DNA of 64,000 bases. Origin: Anthoceros angustus. Its lineage: Eukaryota > Plantae > Anthocerotophyta. The notes under the pieces are model-generated. The model saw only the letters and a list, made by a program, of their open reading frames with translations. It searched no databases and was not told the DNA's origin. Made by a program: the position numbers and the translations under genes. Where the stretch lies: NCBI GenBank assembly GCA_010909165.1, contig VJWM01000196.1:345640-409639 (forward strand), read 5' to 3'. Below, one piece after another: positions 59,700 through 64,000 of the stretch. How positions within the stretch are numbered: the first letter of the stretch is position 1; the number at the start of each line of letters is the position of its first letter.

Positions 59700-61470
59700 A
59701 ACAAGCATGGGGTGAAATGGCTGAAGGAGGCCATGCAAAACCACATGAAGCGGGGAGGGACTCGTTGTTCGCGGTGAGCGAAGCAAGGCACGCAGAATCT
59801 GGTACCGTGAGGACGAAGGTTGTGAATGAACCGGGACGGCAAGATGGCGGACGTTCAAAAGAAGAGAAAGCACGGTTAGTGAAACTGTGGTCTCAAGCAT
59901 TCCTGCACTGGTGGTCAAGTCCAAGATAAGCCGACACTTCTCGCAGATGACGCGGACACGCACTCTCGATGTGTGGAAGCCGCGGCGTAGAGGAAATGGT
60001 AGAGGGGAGGACATGGGGAAGAAACCGAGCATGGTGGATGAAAGAGTGGGAAGATGCACTTGCATGGGCTCGGATGGAGTTGAAGAGGAACGGAAGTTTG
60101 AGCCATCAAGTACGAAATTGCAGCAAAAGAGAGGCTAGCCAAAACGGGGATGGGTCCAAACCCATGGGGAAAGGGAGGCGTCTGGCTGGGTGGTGAGGTT
60201 TGAGAATCAAGATGGGCGGTTTCCAACGGAAGAAGAGGCGAGTATGGGAGGTTGAAGAGGACGATTTCCATGCAGCCTGTGGGCGGTCCGCGATAGTGGG
60301 GTTCTGTGAGTTCCTACATGGTAAGGGTGGAGTGTATGACAAGACACCAAAGATTCAGGCCATTGCAAGGAGAACAAGGGAAATGACCATTTTGCTTAAT
60401 GACATTGAATTGGAGATGGATCCCGATATGGTGGCCTTCCGAGGCGACGGAAGGAAGGGGTGGGAGGCAAGCATGGTGCACGTGGTGGCGATGTGGACGA
60501 GAGGCTAGGAAGGAATGCATGGTGGAAGGGGCTTGGGAGGAGGAGGCGAGGAGGCGACATGGTATTGGAAGGGGGGAAAGGCGGGCGATGAAACAAGAGC
60601 GTGAAGTGGAGACGGGAACGCGCAAGGAGGCGCAGTGAGGGAGGCAGAGGGGAAACGAGTGCAGGGACGAATTGTGGTGCGACACCACGGCCCTGGTTGG
60701 AAGTTGCATGCCCGGAATGGTGTCATGGAGGCACAGGTGTGGAAGCAAGCAGAGAAGAGGTGGAGGAGTGCCCGAGACCCCAAGGTGACGGCCATGTATG
60801 GAGGGGTGGAGGCTGGGAGGAGATGGATTGACGACGCCGCTGAATGGCGTGAACAATGAGTGTGGAGGGCGGAGTCGGGTGGTGGACCACGGAGGGGCAA
60901 CCGATCCGTCACTGTGAGGAAACACACTTGTGTGCACTATGGACACAAAAACGCAGGGGAGTAGGAGGAGCGGTGGCGGAGGACGACAAGAAGGATCACC
61001 CAGCAGCCATGCTCGGGCAAAAGGCGCCATAGCATGAGGCAGATGTCCAGGGGGAGAGAGAATGAAGGAGGTCCAAGAGGGCATCATGCAGGCACCTTTG
61101 ATATGGGCAAAGGCCAGTGCACAGATGCAGGGCAAGGGGGGACAGGACGTGGGGGGGACGCTGCGGATAACAGGGACGCATCCGAAGAGGCAGGTGCTGA
61201 AGAGGACGATGTGCCTAATTTCGTGCCAGACACATATCTTGCAGCCTCCGATGCTGAGAGCATGGACCTACATAGTGGAGCCCCAGTTGAGGCAACGCCA
61301 CCTGCGATAAAGGGTGGCGGGCAAAAGAGGAAAAGAGGAGGAGGAGTAGAGGCGGCAGCTGGCGGTGGGCGAGTGACAAGGGCAGGGCTGCGACACCGGA
61401 AGAAGGAGGACGAGGAAATGTCCACCAAGAAGGGCGTAAGATACGAGGAGGGACCGGAGGGAAGGTAAGG
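59700..61470 (+). pseudogene. Probable second (TnpA-like/ORF2) coding region of the CACTA element, fragmented
   Basis: Purine-rich broken frames downstream of the transposase (KARLVKLWSQAFLHWW; VWEVEEDDFHAACGRSAIVGFCEFLHGKGG; acidic/NLS-like KRKRGG tail). Assignment mainly positional. Confidence 0.4.
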
Positions 61471-62424
61471 CAAATGGTCCGCTATGATTGGTACACCCAT
61501 TAACGCGTAACTCGATGGCCATGCTGGTTTGTATGTAACGCAGCGCGTGAGGGAAGCGGTAGAAGTGGCAAAGCTTGCCTCACCAACGCAAGGGGAAGAA
61601 GAAAATTGGGAATCGAACGAGGGCGGAAGTTTCGAGGTGCATACGATGACGAGTAGGAAGTGCCTTACATGGAGGCGTAAAAGCATAAGCCAGAGCATAC
61701 CAAAACTCCTCCGACAAAGACAATCTTGTAGGGGCATAACCTCATGGTGATGCGTCACAATAAGGTGATAGGTGGGGACATAGGGCGCCATGGCGAAGCC
61801 GATGGCTATTGGTGACGTGGAAGGACAAACCGCATGCGCATGCTATAAAGTAGGGGTAGAAAGAGCCGCTATTTACACGATAGTAAATACAAAGTATCGT
61901 ATCATGAATATGTATGCATCAATGTACGAAATACGCATAATATACAAACTTATTTATATGAAATTGAATACCCGCATATAGCACTTAGAATAATATATTA
62001 CATTTATCGCCGTAGAGACTACATGTGTATAGTATAAGGATGTATTGATATGTATTTATATATGGTCGATTGAAGGGCGACTGGTAACTACTAAAACGTG
62101 GTATTTTAAGGCAAAAGTAAAAGGAAAATAGTGGATGGGGAGGAGGTTGCAAGCCTCCAAAAGTGTTACAAGACCTCTCTTGTAACATTTTAGATGTTGC
62201 AATCATGTTGCAATTTTGAGAGAGGCAAACCACCTCTCACTTCATCTTAACATAATTGCAACACCATTGCAACATGATTGCAACAACGGCCGTGGTATGG
62301 TTTCCAAGCCAAAGTGTAACAAGGCCCAAAGTTTACATGACCCCAAAATTGCAACATGAGTGTTACATCCAGGGGTCCAAATCTTAACATAAAGTGTAAC
62401 ATGGGGTGCCCTTTTCTAGTAGGG

Positions 62425-63620
62425 CCACTTGACTACCCAACTGTGGCATATTGTGAGCGTTCCTAGCATATATAGACACCTTATATTCCAACAATCACCA
62501 AAACCCAAGGACTCTATTTCCGACCTACCTATCCGGCCAGGCGATTCTCAAAGCACTTTGCTATACAAACACACCCAAAACAAAAAAAATCGTTCATCCC
62601 GACACTTCAGAGAGGGGTTAGTGTACATGTGGTCTTCCACAGTATTAGTCTAAGTACATTGGGCTTTAATACCCTTACAACCTCCCACTTAAAGGCCAAT
62701 TTACCTTCGTAGGAGAATGGACTATCTCATGCCCATCGCTGTCCGAGCTTGTGCAAATTCGTAGAGAGTCCCTTGGTAAGAATATCTCATAGGTTCGTCG
62801 GGTGTGAACGACTGTTGTACCTCTTGTCATCCAACACCTCTCGAATGAAGTGATACTTCACATCCACATGTTTAGTCTTCGATGAAACATCGATTCTTTG
62901 CCAATTGGATAGCACTGCTATCACAATGCAACACCGGCACAACCTTGATCCCCAAGTCTCCCACTAAACGAAAGCCATATGGCTTCCTTGCAAGCCTCGC
63001 TTGTCGCAACATACTCGGCCTCCGTGGTAGATAGCGAATGCATGATCGCAAACGAGATCGCCATGAGATCGCCTCCAAAGGCACGTGAAGACATATGTGG
63101 ACCTTCTTTGTCCATATCCTCGATAATCAGATCTCGTACCACACATGCATCTTCACTACCAAAACATATGCACAAAGCTTTTGTACCATTCATATACCTC
63201 ATAACTCCTTTATCGCCTCCCAATGCTTCTTGCCGTGGTTTGACATAACCTCGCTAACCACTCCCACCGCAAAGGCAACGTGACGTAGCAATCATTGCAT
63301 ACATCAAACTCCCTATGAGTATGGGACCTTCTCCATTTCAACTTTGTCCTCCTCGTAGCTTGGGCAATCCGCTTGAAAGTTTCACATATGGAGGCAATGG
63401 AGTACCCAATGGCTTCCTTCTCCATGTTGAAACGTTGAAGGACCGTTAATGTATTCCGAGACAGACAGACGCCGATGTCCGTTCCGACGAATACGCATGC
63501 CAAGTATATGGCTCGCCTCCCAAGTGTGTCATTTCAAAGTGAGCATTCAACTTTGACTTCAACGAATCTCATCAAGATCGCTCTCAAAGAATTAGCATAT
63601 CATCCACATAGAGGATCAAA
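62425..63620 (-). mobile_element. Ty1/copia RT end, RNase H, PPT and proximal 3' LTR
   Basis: KGVMRY.NGT, SLSTTEAEYVATSEACKEAIW, LHCDSSAIQLAKN, KHVDVKYHFIRE. PPT AAGTGGGAGG at 62690-62681 followed by LTR start TGTAA at 62679. Confidence 0.88.
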
Positions 63621-64000
63621 TGAGCAAGCTTTGATCCTCATCGCCAACTCCACCTCCGAAGCCCGCAGCGCGACAGAGGGATTTGATGCTTCCACAAGAC
63701 TGGATGCTGGAGCCTGCTATCCTGGGATCCTGGATCCTTCATAACCCCAGCTCCGACCCATGCCTGCACGTTCATCCCGTTTAAGAACGCCCCGGCTTGG
63801 TTCCCGGCCGGCAGATCATCATTTCCTCGTGCCCCAGAATGTGGAAAGCAAGGTGGTGACGCGCCAGCATGTCCCGCAATGCCACCCACTGTACCGAGCT
63901 AACGCAGTACGGACGTAGGGAAAGGCCTTGCCCAATCCAAGGCGGCAACGGAAAACGGACACACGCTTGGCCGGACCAAGAAGGGCCAGGGCATTAATCG

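Larger units (their letters stand above)
44560..62424 (+). mobile_element. Full-length 17,865-bp CACTA/EnSpm (CMC) DNA transposon with CCCTA termini
   Basis: Left TIR CCCTATTAGAAAAGGGCACCCCATGTTAC versus right TIR (reverse complement) CCCTACTAGAAAAGGGCACCCCATGTTAC, 28/29 identical. 3-bp TSD CCA at 44557-44559 and 62425-62427. Subterminal GTTGCA/TGTTAC repeats at both ends; Tnp2-like transposase inside. Confidence 0.93.

Noticed and set aside
56800-61800. Many short ORFs on both strands
   Set aside because: Fragments or antisense shadows of the frameshifted CACTA transposase and ORF2.

Overview
Plant nuclear genomic DNA. Short (~80-200 nt) GT-AG introns, GC-rich exons and the TE repertoire suggest a non-seed land plant such as a hornwort, fern or lycophyte; this is an inference only. 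Host genes: a small secreted bulb-type lectin (1369-1884,-); a 7-exon GET3d/At1g26090-like ArsA ATPase (7128-9082,-) with an in-frame TGA in its transit peptide; an intronless ETHE1 persulfide dioxygenase (21659-22432,+) tail-to-tail with an intact multi-exon COQ6 (22697-25128,-); a plastid/mitochondrial-type MDAR pseudogene (27689-30610,-); and an ATL RING-H2 E3 ligase (35509-36507,+). There is also a U6 snRNA pseudogene (137-231,-). The rest is mostly transposon-derived. It includes Ty3/gypsy (Tat-like) pol pieces with two tandem archaeal-type RNase H-like domains, Copia remnants, and two oppositely oriented CRE-like RT+RLE non-LTR fragments flanking the MDAR pseudogene. A complete 17.9-kb CACTA/EnSpm (CMC) element (44560-62424) has CCCTA-starting 29-bp TIRs and a CCA target-site duplication, and appears to be inserted in a Copia 3' LTR. 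Several repeat regions diverge mainly by 1-3 bp indels, which may partly reflect long-read consensus error. No bacterial-type systems (CRISPR, operons) were seen. Many TE boundaries are approximate.
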